Source: Paraspadella gotoi (lineage: Eukaryota > Animalia > Chaetognatha). Taken from it: DNA of 64,000 bases. The translations under genes and the position numbers were made by a program. The number at the start of each line of letters is the position of its first letter. The stretch's first letter is position 1. The notes under the pieces are model-generated. The model was not told the origin of the DNA and searched no databases. It saw only the letters and a list, made by a program, of their open reading frames with translations. Below are positions 1-12,767 of the stretch, piece after piece. The stretch is from contig CM119263.1 of the NCBI GenBank assembly GCA_051294375.1, positions 5,020,740 through 5,084,739 on the forward strand. The letters run 5' to 3'.

Positions 1-840
1 GGATGAGTTTTGAGTTAGACAATTTTGACAAATTATTTTAGCTTCACCAGTTGTGAGTTAGGTTTATAACATGTGTTTAAGAACGTAATGTGATTTTATT
101 ATAATTAAAATCTTAGAAATAGTTAATTTGTAGACTACGTTTTTGTTTGAAATAAAGAAAAAAAAATAAAATATGTTTAAGAAAAAAAAATGTTAAGAGT
201 ATGTTTAAAATTGGTAACAATGTGTTTAACAATATGACATAAATATTTAAATGTGAATTTTAATCTATATCATTGCATATTAGAATTAATTATATCTTTT
301 TAATATATATTCTTTTATTCTGGATTATAAGATTTTTTGAATAAAGATAAGGAATTTTGTTGCCTGAGTCAGGTTGCAGTATATAGTGATATTGATGCTT
401 CGAGTGTATTTACTTGCTTTGCTTGCCTGTGAATGAAGGCTCGTTAATAATAATTAATATCTATGGACAATTGAATTTTATATGTTATTTCTTGATGAAG
501 GGAAGTAATCAATTTTGATCCGCCTTAATGGATACAGGGTGAAACTGTGAAATGTGTTTTATTAAAATTCTTAAAATAAGATGGAGTATATTAGTATATT
601 GGTGAATATCATGGTTTGGCAATTTTTAAGATAAAATGTGATTTTTGGAAGATGGGTAAAAGGTAAAAGATGACTATATTAATACATACAAATAAACTAA
701 AAACAATTATATCTTAAAATTTGATACAGTTTATATATAAAGTTAACTGAAGTTGACTGTTCAATTTAAATTTTATTAACTGCTATACTTGAACTAATTG
801 AAGTAAGTGTAACCTTTTGATTATATTGAAGCATCTCAAT
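1..840 (+). mobile_element. Possible degenerate 3' end of an L1/Tx1-like LINE ORF2 (zinc-finger region)
   Basis: Same G/T-skewed, AT-rich texture as the LINE at 8631-12767. Frameshifted fragments resemble the ORF2 C-terminus: LPVNE.L at ~423-445, a C-Y-F-(C)-D-E-like stretch at ~483-520, and a VW...(R)N..IF-like stretch at ~611-650. No intact ORF. Confidence 0.3.
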
Positions 841-2574
841 NNNNNNNNNNNNNNNNNNNNNNNNNNNNNNNNNNNNNNNNNNNNNNNNNNNNNNNNNNNN
901 NNNNNNNNNNNNNNNNNNNNNNNNNNNNNNNNNNNNNNNNGCGTCGCTTTCTTTTGTCACCTGCGCCATTTGTCACGGGCCCCGCCGCGAGAGGGGGCGT
1001 GAGGGGAGAGGGTCATTGAGGGGGTAAGGAGGTTTGAGGTAAGGATCGCAGGATTCGGCTCAGACCAAGTGACAAGACAAGATGGTAGGAAATCTGCAGG
1101 AATGCGTTTGAATGTCACGTTGCATATGGCGTCGTGACGTTGGAGACAAACAAGGGGACGAGTGAAGATAGATTTTAGATGCGGAAAAAAAACGTTGGTG
1201 AATTACGTTAGGTGTGAGACTCACTGAAGGCGGTGAGAGGAAATTTCGTTAAATGTGATGGAAAGACGTCAGAACGCGACGTGTGAGAATGTTGTGAAAG
1301 CTTGTGTGAGATCGGTTTAGATGTGAAACGATGGGATGGCGGAGTGACACAATTTGATTTGTTTAGTTCACGGGACATGTGATTAGTGCAAAGTTATGTT
1401 TGGTTAACTATAAGAAAAGTAAAAGATGTGAGAGAGAAAGTGTGAGTTACGAGAAAAATGGTGAGACGGGATCGTTCACGCATCACACGGTGAACGCAAC
1501 GAAGGATAAATTCGTCGTCCGCCTGAGATGAATCAAAAACGGAAAACAAAGACGACGACGACGAAGACGACGACGACGACGACGACCACGATGGCGACGA
1601 CCGGCCACAATGACGACGACCACGATGACGACGGGTGGCATCGCAGTATTTTCCGATACTGTATTTCCGCATCATGCTGGCCCCAATCATTGCAGCATGT
1701 TCGAAAACAACAGATGGTAAGCATCACGGCATTTTCCGATACTATATCGTCCGTCCCCCTTACATGTCAAAAAATAACTATTGCTTCCAGCAACGACTAC
1801 AACAACAACGACGACAACAACAACAACAAAGGGAGCATAGACGTCCTCCTTGATTTCATCGACGTCGGCCACGCCCATCCTACTTGTCATACCCTCTTCT
1901 TTTATAATCAATCAACCGCGCTGCATCCAATTTACTCTCTCTTGTTCTCCCGAGTCTCTCTCCTATTCCCTTACTCTCTGTCTTTCTCTCTCTCTTTCTT
2001 CTCGTCTCCTCTCTGTCTCTCGTCTGCTTGATCCAGTGTTTTTTAAAAAAACCAATTTACCTCCCTCTTGTCCCGCGAGTTGTCATTTTTTGTTCATTCT
2101 TATTCTCTGCTCTCCGCCTCTTCTCTCTCATCTCATCTCTCGTCCTCTCTCCTCTTCTCGTCTCTCCTCCTCTCTCCTCTACGCCCGCCCTCCGTCGTCT
2201 CTTCATCTTCTCTCTCATCTCTCTCGTCGTCTCTGCGTCGTCGTCTCTCTCTCGTTTTTTCGAAACAAAGGAGCTCCCCAGTTGAACGGAAAAACTAGGT
2301 CATCGAACTACTAAAGCGGGGAGGAACCCAGCGTCGCCCTCCGCTTCACTTATCTACCCACTCCTTGTCCCCTATCCAACCTTTCCCTCTTCCCTATCTA
2401 ACCTCCCCCATCCCACCTCCCTATCTAACCCAAACCCTTCTTTTCCTCAGCCATTTTTATTCTCTACTTTGGACGTCAACCGTTGAGGAGCGAAGCAAAT
2501 GAAATTTTGAGACTTTGATCTCAATTTTTAAAGAAGAGAAACGAGGAATCTTACGGGAAAAAAATAGAATCAAA

Positions 2575-2726
2575 CTTATGAAATTGGTACTACGTAAATA
2601 AAGAATATTAAAGTTAACCATTTATTTAATGAATAAGCTATATTGCCCCTGACATTGGACAGGCTATGGTGGTTTAAGTCCTCCATCACTCTTACAAGAT
2701 AATGACATATTAGGTCTATAAAACGG
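2575..2726 (-). repeat. Dispersed repeat / exon-like fragment related to 38130-38330 and 45795-45995
   Basis: ataagctatattgcccctgacattggacaggctatggtggtttaagtcctccatcactcttacaagataatgacata closely matches 38175-38252. The minus strand has an acceptor-like ttttctttgaacgcag followed by the open frame RFIDLICHYLVRVMEDLNHHSLSNVRGNIAYSLNKWLTLIFFIYVVPIS*. Confidence 0.6.
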
Positions 2727-3004
2727 CTGCGTTCAAAGAAAAATTAGGTTTGATGAACTTTTTATATTTAACAAATGAAAATGTGACTTTTAAGAATGTG
2801 AGGAAAATAGGTAACGTTTTTTTTTGGTAATAAATGTCTTGAGTTGCTGAATAACTGACCGACTGACCGACCGTCTAAGTTTAGAGACGTTTCCTGACAA
2901 AACTATCGTAATTCTTAATATCAAAACAGTTCAGATAACCCCGCCAATGAGCCTTGAATTCTATCTCATCTCTCTTCCTCGCTCTATCTTTCCTCTCTGA
3001 TCTC

Positions 3005-3035
<31 letters not shown>

Positions 3036-3277
3036 TCTCTCTCTTCTTCGCCCCGTCTACTCATTTCCAAGTTTTCATATAAAAAAAACGACGCAGATTG
3101 CGTTTGGATGTATAATGCATAAATTATTCAAAGTTCGTTCTCCCAGCAAATGAGGAAGAAGAAAATATAAGCGGCGGTGAAAAATTCATCTCTCTTCTTC
3201 AACTGAAAGAAGAGAGAGAGAGAGAGTAGAGAAGAGAGGAGAGAGAGAGAAGAGAGAGCAGAGAGCAGAAGAAAAGC

Positions 3278-5348
3278 AAACAGATCGATATAGCCAGATA
3301 ACTAATAACTTAATGATTAGATAGAACATGGCATGTAGTATAAATGTAGCAAGAGAGGGCGGCTGTTAGTCCCCAATATTGAACGCCAAATTTTCCACCT
3401 ATTTGCCTTTCTTATAGTCTGTTTTTATTGCAATATGCGGACCGAACGAAACGACGAAACATGACGACGAAGCGTCGAAGAGGAACAAACGACGACGACG
3501 ACGTACAAAGCTGTTATTTATTCGCAGTTGCGTTTCTTAATTCTTATTCTCTAAAATTGCTTCGTATCACCTCTTTCTTGTTTTTTTTTTCTCTCTCATT
3601 TCTTATTCCCATTTTTTTTTAATCGCAAAATCGAAGCGATTGGTTTCTTCGACGATCGACTGACTTTCAATATGTAACCGGATAGTGGGAATGAGAGGAC
3701 GTATACCACGTAGTGGTAGTAGACTTCCAATGGCGAGTGAGAGATTATTGGCTCGACGATCGATGATCAAGCCCGACAGTGCAAGCGAAAGTTGGGAATA
3801 TTGAAAAAATGGGGGCAAAAACACGTGAGAAAAACCAAAGAAGAAATGGAAATGAAAAAAAATGAAATTGAATCGAAAAATGGAAAATGAGAAAATGGAA
3901 AATGGAAAAGGAAGAACAAATGTTAAAGAAAATGGTATAAAAATAATGGCAAACGGAGAAAAGTAGAAAATGGATAAAATATGCAGAAATAGAAAATTGA
4001 CCAAAAATGCTGAGAAAAAAATAAAGGATCGAAAATAAAAGGGAAAGAAAAGAAAAAAATAATACAAAAAATAATTTTTTAATTGTATTTGTAATAAAAA
4101 AGCACGAAAATATTAAAAAGGAAACCGCAAAAAAAAAAGAAAAAGAAAAAACAAATAGAAATAAAGAAAAACACGTAAGAGCGTTCTTTTGTAGTAGTAG
4201 TTGACAAAACGAGAGTGGAGGCAATTCAGAAAACATTCCCATACTATTTCCGCAACNNNNNNNNNNAACAGATCGATATACAGATACTTATACTTACTGA
4301 TAGATAGCATGGCATGTAGTAATAATCGTACAGCGGCGGTTCCCCCAATATTGACGCCATTTTCCTTTTTCCTTTCTTTANNNNNNNNNNNNNNNNNNNN
4401 NNNNNCGGAAGAGAGGAGAGAGAGGACGAGAGCAGAGAAGAGAGAGGAGGAGAGAGAGAGCATGAGAGAGAACGCAGGAGAGAAGAGAAGCAAACATGAA
4501 TCGAGTATACAGGATACTTATACTTAACTGAATAGATTAGCATGGCATGTAGTTAATAATCGTACCAAGCGGCGGTATCCCCAATATTACGCCATTTCCT
4601 TTATTCCTTTCTTTTATTTCTTCGTTTTTATTGCTTGCGGACGACGACGACGACTATGCGGACGACGGTCGAAGCAGGAAACAACGACGACGGACGACGA
4701 CGACGCTTTATTTATTACCTCACGTTGCGTTTCTTATTCTTTCTCCTTTATTCTTATTGGCTTCGTATCACTCTCTTTCTCTGTTTTTTTTCTTCTCTCT
4801 TTTTTATTCCATTTTTTTTTATCGCGAAAATCGAAGGCGATTGTTTCTCGACGATCGACGATTCAAGTATGTAACCGGAAGTGGGANNNNNNNNNNNNNN
4901 NNNNNNNNNNNNNNNNNNNNNNNNNNNNNNNNNNNNNNNNNNNNNNNNNNNNNNNNNNNNNNNNNNNNNNNNNNNNNNNNNNNNNNNNNNNNNNNNNNNN
5001 NNNNNNNNNNNNNNNNNNNNNNNNNNNNNNNNNNNNNNNNNNNNNNNNNNNNNNNNNNNNNNNNNNNNNNNNNNNNNNNNNNNNNNNNNNNNNNNNNNNN
5101 NNNNNNNNNNNNNNNNNNNNNNNNNNNNNNNNNNNNNNNNNNNNNNNNNNNNNNNNNNNNNNNNNNNNNNNNNNNNNNNNNNNNNNNNNNNNNNNNNNNN
5201 NNNNNGTGAGAAAACTAAAGGAAGAAAATGGAATGAAAATAAAAATGGAAATGGAATCGGAAATGGAAATGGAATGAAAATGGAAATGGAAATGGAAGGG
5301 ACAAAGTAAAGAAAATGGTAAGAAAAATTAATGGCGAAACGGAGGAAA
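3278..5348. repeat. Local tandem duplication block
   Basis: The cagatcgatata...gcatggcatgtagt...cccaatattgacgcc motif occurs at ~3280, ~4268 and ~4495. 3400-3690 matches 4600-4886, and ~3826-3960 matches 5207-5348. Confidence 0.8.
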
Positions 5349-6689
5349 NNNNNNNNNNNNNNNNNNNNNNNNNNNNNNNNNNNNNNNNNNNNNNNNNNNN
5401 NNNNNNNNNNNNNNNNNNNNNNNNNNNNNNNNNNNNNNNNNNNNNNNNNNNNNNNNNNNNNNNNNNNNNNNNNNNNNNNNNNNNNNNNNNNNNNNNNNNN
5501 NNNNNNNNNNNNNNNNNNNNNNNNNNNNNNNNNNNNNNNNNNNNNNNNNNNNNNNNNNNNNNNNNNNNNNNNNNNNNNNNNNNNNNNNNNNNNNNNNNNN
5601 NNNNNNNNNNNNNNNNNNNNNNNNNNNNNNNNNNNNNNNNNNNNNNNNNNNNNNNNNNNNNNNNNNNNNNNNNNNNNNNNNNNNNNNNNNNNNNNNNNNN
5701 NNNNNNNNNNNNNNNNNNNNNNNNNNNNNNNNNNNNNNNNNNNNNNNNNNNNNNNNNNNNNNNNNNNNNNNNNNNNNNNNNNNNNNNNNNNNNNNNNNNN
5801 NNNNNNNNNNNNNNNNNNNNNNNNNNNNNNNNNNNNNNNNNNNNNNNNNNNNNNNNNNNNNNNNNNNNNNNNNNNNNNNNNNNNNNNNNNNNNNNNNNNN
5901 NNNNNNNNNNNNNNNNNNNNNNNNNNNNNNNNNNNNNNNNNNNNNNNNNNNNNNNNNNNNNNNNNNNNNNNNNNNNNNNNNNNNNNNNNNNNNNNNNNNN
6001 NNNNNNNNNNNNNNNNNNNNNNCAGGATTTTTTTTTCTTTTTCACTACAAAGTTGACCACAGACCATTGCTGATTGCCATTGTTTCTGGCGATTGAATTG
6101 GCCAATGGCCGTTGGCGATTGCAGATTGCCTTCGTCACTGTCACTCAAAATTCCTTTCGTCGCTCGAGACGAAACAATCAGCAAAAAAAAGCGGTGACAA
6201 GCAATGCCCGCTTCGCTCGTCTCCTCGGTGACAAGCAATGCTTGCCTTGCATCAATCCGCGGTTTCGAACGATCGGGTCCAGTGACGAGTCATCGCGGAG
6301 GCATCGTCGTCGTCGTCGTCGTCGCGGTCGTAGTCGTCGCCGTCGTCGTCGTTTTTTCGCAGAGTCATCGGTTTTCTTTTTTTTTACCCGATTTCATTCC
6401 GCTCACTCTTTGGTCCCCGGATGTCACGAGGCCTCATTATCCTTTCCGTATGTAATTGGGAGTCGTTAGCTTTGATTATTCGGTTTCTCTTTCCTGTGTG
6501 GATATATCGACTCCGGGGCAGTCTGTCCGTCTGTCTGTCTCTTTTTGAAAGGTTGAATTTCTTCCTCGTCGTTTGTCGTTTACTGATTCGCCTGATTCTT
6601 CGTCACGTGACTATCAGGCACCAGGCCTTTCTGAATTTACCGTTAGGCTTTAGTTCCAAATTTACGTCTGGTTTAAAACCTAATAATCG

Positions 6690-6762
6690 TTAAAGGCCAC
6701 TTAAAGGCCACCTATTAAAGGCCACCTATTAAATGCCACCTATTAATCGTCAAAGGCCACTT
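6690..6762. repeat. Short tandem repeat, (TAAAGGCCACCTAT)-like, about 5 copies
   Basis: taaaggccac/taaatgccac recurs 5 times, mostly 11-14 bp apart. Confidence 0.75.
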
Positions 6763-7369
6763 GACCAGGGGAGAATGGAAAGGAGAATATAATAATAATA
6801 AGAAGAAGAAGGTAAAAATAAAAGGAGGAAGGAAAGGAGTAAGAAGAAATATTAAGAGGAAAAAGAGGAAGAGAAAGACAAAGTGAAAAAAAAGTAATTA
6901 TAGAGAAAACGAAAAGACAAGAAAAATAGAACACAAAGGAGGAACTGGAGGAACAAAAGGAAAAACTGAAAAAAAAAGGAAAGCGAAAGGAAAAAGGAAA
7001 GAAGAAATTGAAAAAGGAAAGAAGAAATAGGAGAAGGAAAGAAGAAATTAAAAAAGGAAAGAAGAAATAGGAGAAGGAAAGGAGAAATTGAAAATGGAAA
7101 GAAGAAATTGAAAAAGGGAAGAAGAAATTGAAAAAGGAAAGGAAAAATAGAAAAAGGAGAGAGAAAAAAGTAAAAGAATCAAGAGAAGAGATAGAAAAGA
7201 AAAACGGTACTTCTCTTTTTCGATATAAAAAGTCTTCACCTTCATTTTTCATTTCAACTTTTTTCTAAATTTTTTATTTTTTCGTTTCTTTTCTTTATGA
7301 TTTTAATTTCATAATTTAGTCGTTTTAACATTCTTTGTTTTGAGTGATCCTAGAGTTCGAGTTTTTTCC

Positions 7370-7755
7370 CTGTTTTCCATTTCTCTTTTGTTTCAATTTC
7401 CCTTTTGTTACTATTTGCCTTTTGTTTCCATTTCCGTTTCGTTTCCATTACCCTTTTTTTCCCCCATTTCCCTTTTGAATCCATTTCCTTTTTATTCCCA
7501 TTTCTCTTTTGTTTCCATTTTCCTTTTGAATCCTTTTCCCATTTCCCCTTTGTTTCCGTTTCCCTTTTGAATCCATTTTCCTTTTTTTCTCATATCCCCT
7601 TCGTTTCCATTTCCCTTTTGAATTCATTTCCATTTTGTTTCCTTTTCCATTTTGAATCCATTTCCCTTTTTTCCCATTTCCCTTTTGTTTCCATTTCCCT
7701 TTTGAATCCATTTCCCTTTTTTCCCATTTCCCTTTTGTTTCCATTTCCGGTTCCA
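7370..7755. repeat. Degenerate minisatellite (TTTCCCTTTTGAATCCA / TTTCCCTTTTGTTTCCA units)
   Basis: Recurrent tttcccttttgaatccatttcc and tttcccttttgtttccatttcc words at roughly 50-bp period. Confidence 0.75.
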
Positions 7756-8278
7756 TGAGAGAAGAGACCTCGTTACGACAGAAGAGAGAAATGGGAATCG
7801 GAATAATGGGCAAAGGACATGATATGTCATTCGAGTCAAGTTGGTTCATGATATGTCATTTCGTTTAGTCAATTTAACAATTGTCATGTTTCTTAATTTG
7901 ATATTTCTTCAATATATCCTATTTTAGAAGAGGTATTATAATGTAAATGAAATTTGTATATAAAGTCACAGGATTTAATTTCAATTCACAATAAACTTTC
8001 TGAATTTTTATGTTTTTGTTAAATCACGTTTGTGATATGAATGTGACAATGAATGAGAGTCGATAGACACGCTCCATCATAACGTGACGTGATAAACGTG
8101 TCAGTTCTCGTCGTGTCACGTCTTGTCGAAAAGATCATTCGTTGGGAGTAAATTCGGTGTGAGANNNNNNNNNNNNNNNNNNNNNNNNNGAGAGAGAGAG
8201 AGAGAGTGTAGAGAGAAGAGAGAGAAGAAGAGGAGAGAGAGAGAACGAGAGATTGATAGAAGGGCAATCATCAATCGT

Positions 8279-11200
8279 GGAGACCAGAGGGTTAGCGCGG
8301 TCAGTGTTCCCGTTACTCTTTATTTTCTTTATTAATTTTTCCTTTTTTCCCCTTTTTCCGCCCATTTGAAAAGCGAATTGCCTCTTTTGTTTTTCGACCG
8401 ACCTCTCTCTCTCTCTCTCTCTTCTCTGTTTGCGTTGTACTTATTCCCGGTTCCACCGCCCGTACATTAACCGCGCTCAGAGGCTCGACCAAAAGTGTTG
8501 CCATGGGTTTCGACGCAGGTGGCAGGTCGACGCACGCGCGGACCGCACGGCGGTGCACGCATGGAGCACGTACCCGGCGTACTGCGGACGAAATAATATT
8601 TATTAAATGATCGGCAAATCGTGAGAATGAGAAGGGCTGGTGAGTTGATAAGATCAAGAGCGCTCATTGAAAAGAACGGGCTTGGCATATTTTAGTAGGG
8701 TGAGAATGTGATATAAGGGTAGTTTAATTTATGTGTATTAAAAGATAAACAAGGTCAGGTTAGCGAAAGGGTCAGAGGGCGTTCTTCATGGTTGCTCATG
8801 AACAGTATGTAGAAATGTTTGTAAAGGGGATATGATGAGAATATTCAGATGAATTTTAAGTCGAGTGGATAAGAAGATTGACTCGGAAACAGCAAAGAGA
8901 TTGTGTGGATAGATGATGGGAAGGATGAATGGAACATGTTCTAAGGGAAATTCCTCGGGTTAAGTCGCCTGGGGCTGATGGTTCCCTGCCCAGAATTCTC
9001 GGATGTTTGGGTTTTGTGGCAAATGATTTATGGAGGTGGTTGAGGGTTTTATAGTAGAAGGGTGAACAGAGTTCAAGTCAGAGGGAGCTGTTCCAGTCTT
9101 TATATATAAAAGGTGATAGAGAGGATGTTTAAAATTATAGACCTGTATAATTGTGGATTATAAAATGAATAATGGTTGTATTAATGCACGACTTAGTAGA
9201 GGTTTACCTGGATTGGTGCATGAGGATCAGGGAGTTACCAGGGAGAAAAATATCAGTGTTGCCATATAATTACTAAGTATGTCATTGTATTGTAGAATCA
9301 TGATGGTGATGGCGATTCTTGAGGATTTTTGATAGGTAGACCACAGTATGGTTTTAAGGCTTTAAGAAATATGGTATTGGGAATAAAATTAATTAGTGGG
9401 GTAAGGTCATTTATAATTAAGGGTAACTAGCAGATATTAGTTAATTGCGACATTTGGTTCTGATGAGGATTAATGGTTGACAGGGATTTGAGCAGTGTGG
9501 ATTCTCCTTTATGCCGCTATATATTTAGTGGCTGAGGTTTTTGCTAATTTTATAGGAAGGATCGAATGAGTAGAGGGAATTAAAGATTAAAGGGGCTGAG
9601 AGAGAAGGTAGGGGTCTACGTTGGATGGCACCAGGGTTTGGTGAGTATAAGAGAGGTTTTTATGGACTAAGGCAGTTCGTTATGAAAGGCAGCGGGGGTC
9701 AACGGTGTAACAGGGGGTAAATCAGTGGGTGTTGTGGCGTTAGGGCCTTGGGAAGAATAAACCTTAGGATTTCTGTGGTCTGCTGGAAAGACATGGCAAA
9801 GATCTTAGTGGGGTTTCTCGAGGTGATTTTTGATAAAAGCAAATTTGTTGATGTGTTTTTAGAGGTATTAAGACAAAGTTGACCCTTTGGAAAGCTCTGA
9901 CCATTGTCAACCTTAGGAAGGGCGAAGGTAACTAATGTATTTCTGATTCTTGCTTTATTGGTATAGAAGTATGATATGGGTTGAGCCTCCTTGGGAATGA
10001 TGCTTAGAAAACTGAAGTAGAAAATTGATGTTCATGCAGAAAAAGAGATGTAAGGATAGCTGAGGGATTTATTATAATGGTGGATGCGCGAATAATGGAT
10101 ATGCAAGATGAAGTTAAATTAAAGCCAGAGAATAATGTTGGATTAAAAGGTTATTTAAAACATGCTAAGGAATTCTTTTGCTAGAAGTTTTAGTGGATGA
10201 GCTTAGTTGTTGAGGACAGGCATGGGTTTATGGATACCTTAGGGCAAAGGTAGCAGGATTACCATTGCGTATTAGCCGGGTATTATTCCGAGGCGGTAAG
10301 GCTTGTCATGCCTGCCTTTCAAATTTGAACCAGGTAATTTGCTATTGATAATTACCTTTAGTATATAATACATGTGTGATTGATTCAGATGGAGTAGTTT
10401 TTAAAGTCCCCGGTAATATGAGAACGGAGAATAAGACGTTGGTCAATTTTTTGAACATGCCTGGATCCTTCTCTCGTCTCAGAGAGAAGGATTTTTGATA
10501 TCCAAGTAGAAGTGAGGGAGCAGATTGAAAATATTGTTCAACTGATCAATCCTTCCTGACTTCACTTTAGAGGTACAGGGCGGGCCAAATGGAGGTGAGT
10601 GAAATATTTCATTCGCGGAAACCTTATTATAAATAAGATTTTTAATGTTAGGTGGAAGACATTATGAAGAATAAATGGGGAAAGAGTACTTGGATAGTTT
10701 AATGAATGAGTGAGGCCATCTGGGTGCTCGCAATTAATGTTACTCTGATAACTCTATATGGATGTAGGCTGTCCCAAGGTAAGTTATTTTTGGACAGGGG
10801 GGGGGGGGGGGCATTATGGATTACGCATATGTAGGAAGAGGGTGATGTATTGTGAGCTTTGTGGTGTTGTAGCACGGTGAGCGATGGCAAGATTTTTGCA
10901 CTCAGTTGCGAAGTGGTTGTAAGACTCTGGCGAGAAGTGAGTATGAACTTTTTAAAATTGATGTTAAGAGGAAGGTTGATAACGAGAAATGAGTTTAGGT
11001 TTAACAGGATATGGTTAAGTAAGGTTAAGAAATAAATTAGCGTTTTACTCTAAGATCTGTTATATTCAAGATGAGAGCAGAGAGACTTAGGCATGTTTAG
11101 ATGGCGCGTTGAAAGACTTTGGAAAATATTTGTTGTTCATGGATATAGACAGACATTGGGTTGTCAAATTAAGTGGCTAATGGGAAGTCAAAAACGAAAT

Positions 11201-12736
11201 TTATTGGGCTAATGTACTGGGTGTATTAATGAAGATTGGGTCTATGGAGTGGGGAAACTTAAATTAAACAAGTTAGAATGGTTATTGGAACTTGTTTAAT
11301 CAATGAGCGGGTATCGGTATTGGGTATTAAGACCACATATAAATAATATGTAGTAGTGTTGTTATCGGATAATGATATTGAAATTGCAAATTACTGGTCC
11401 CCACGAAATGATTTTATATAGTATTCTATTTGATTGTATTGTAGGATATATTCTTGCTCTGCAATACGTGAAGTAGTTTTTGTTTATATTAGTGGGTCTT
11501 AATTTGTTGTTTACGTTTCTTTTTGTTCATTAGCATCTCTTTATTAGCGTCTCTTTTCGTTTATTGCATCCTTGAATTATGTGTTGATTTTGTGACGGTT
11601 ACGTTTATTTCTTATTATTAATTATTAGAGCGTGAATCCTCTGCCCTTTACTCTTAAACAAATTATCTCATACATTATTTTTATTAATTACAATTATACA
11701 TACAAATGGGCATATATTTTACACTTTTTGATTGCATTATACACATTATAATTGTTTTAAAACGTTTTTGTTTTACACTTTAACGTTTTTCTAATGTTTT
11801 GTTTTCTTACCTTTTGATATAATGTTTTGTTTTTAATATTGTTTTTTAAAGATTTTCTATCATTTCAAAAAATCTAGACACTTTAATCGTTAACGTTTTA
11901 AACGTTGCTAAAAAATTTATATATATAAAAAAAAAATAAAATTTAATTTTAAACGTTCTTGAACGTGTATTTTATAGTTTCATATGAATTAGTTCATAAA
12001 TAGTTTATTCATGAGTCCATTTTTAAACGGTAGTGTCTTTTGTTTTGTTGATTTTAATAAATAGTAGTTTTTACTTTAAATTTAAAAATAATAATTTGCT
12101 TCCTTTTATAACTTGATGGTTTTTGGTTTAAAAATATGAATTAAACTTCTGTGACGTTATATTATAGTGTTTTATGAATTAGTTTCATAACATTTTATTT
12201 TATTTATGGATACATTTATTCGTTAGGTGTCTGTTAGTGTTTGTTTCTGTTGAATTGTTAATATGAGAAGTGCTTACTGTTTTCTGTTTTATTACACTAT
12301 ACTGATTAAAAAAAAAAAAAATAATATAAAAAAAATAAAAAAAATAAGTTTAAAAAAGTATTAAGCATTATACACTTATAATGTTTTGAAAAAGTTTTGT
12401 TTTGTTTACAGCTTAAACGTTTTTCTAACGTTTTTGTTTTCTCTTTTTATCTTTACATAATGTTTTGGTTTTTAATATTTTTGAAGATTTTTATATTTCC
12501 ATCTTTTGATACTTTTATCTGTTATAACGTTTTTAATACCGTTTCTTTTGATTGTTTACGGATCAATTTTTAACATGTTGTAATAGAGTTCACCTTTTAT
12601 GAGTTAGTTTTATGTTATATTTTATCAGTGTAGTTTTTATTTGTTTACTGTGTTCCATTCTTTTACCTCCTCTGCGTTATTGATCTGTTACTAATCGCTC
12701 TCGGTTCAATTAATGTAATATCGTTGATTAAATTAA

Positions 12737-12767
<31 letters not shown>

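Noticed and set aside
941-1530. G-rich non-repetitive stretch after the first gap (similar texture at 8020-8164)
   Set aside because: No ORF, motif or repeat partner recognised; probably noisy read-derived sequence.
4754-6238. Long ORFs dominated by X
   Set aside because: They span N gaps and are not real reading frames.
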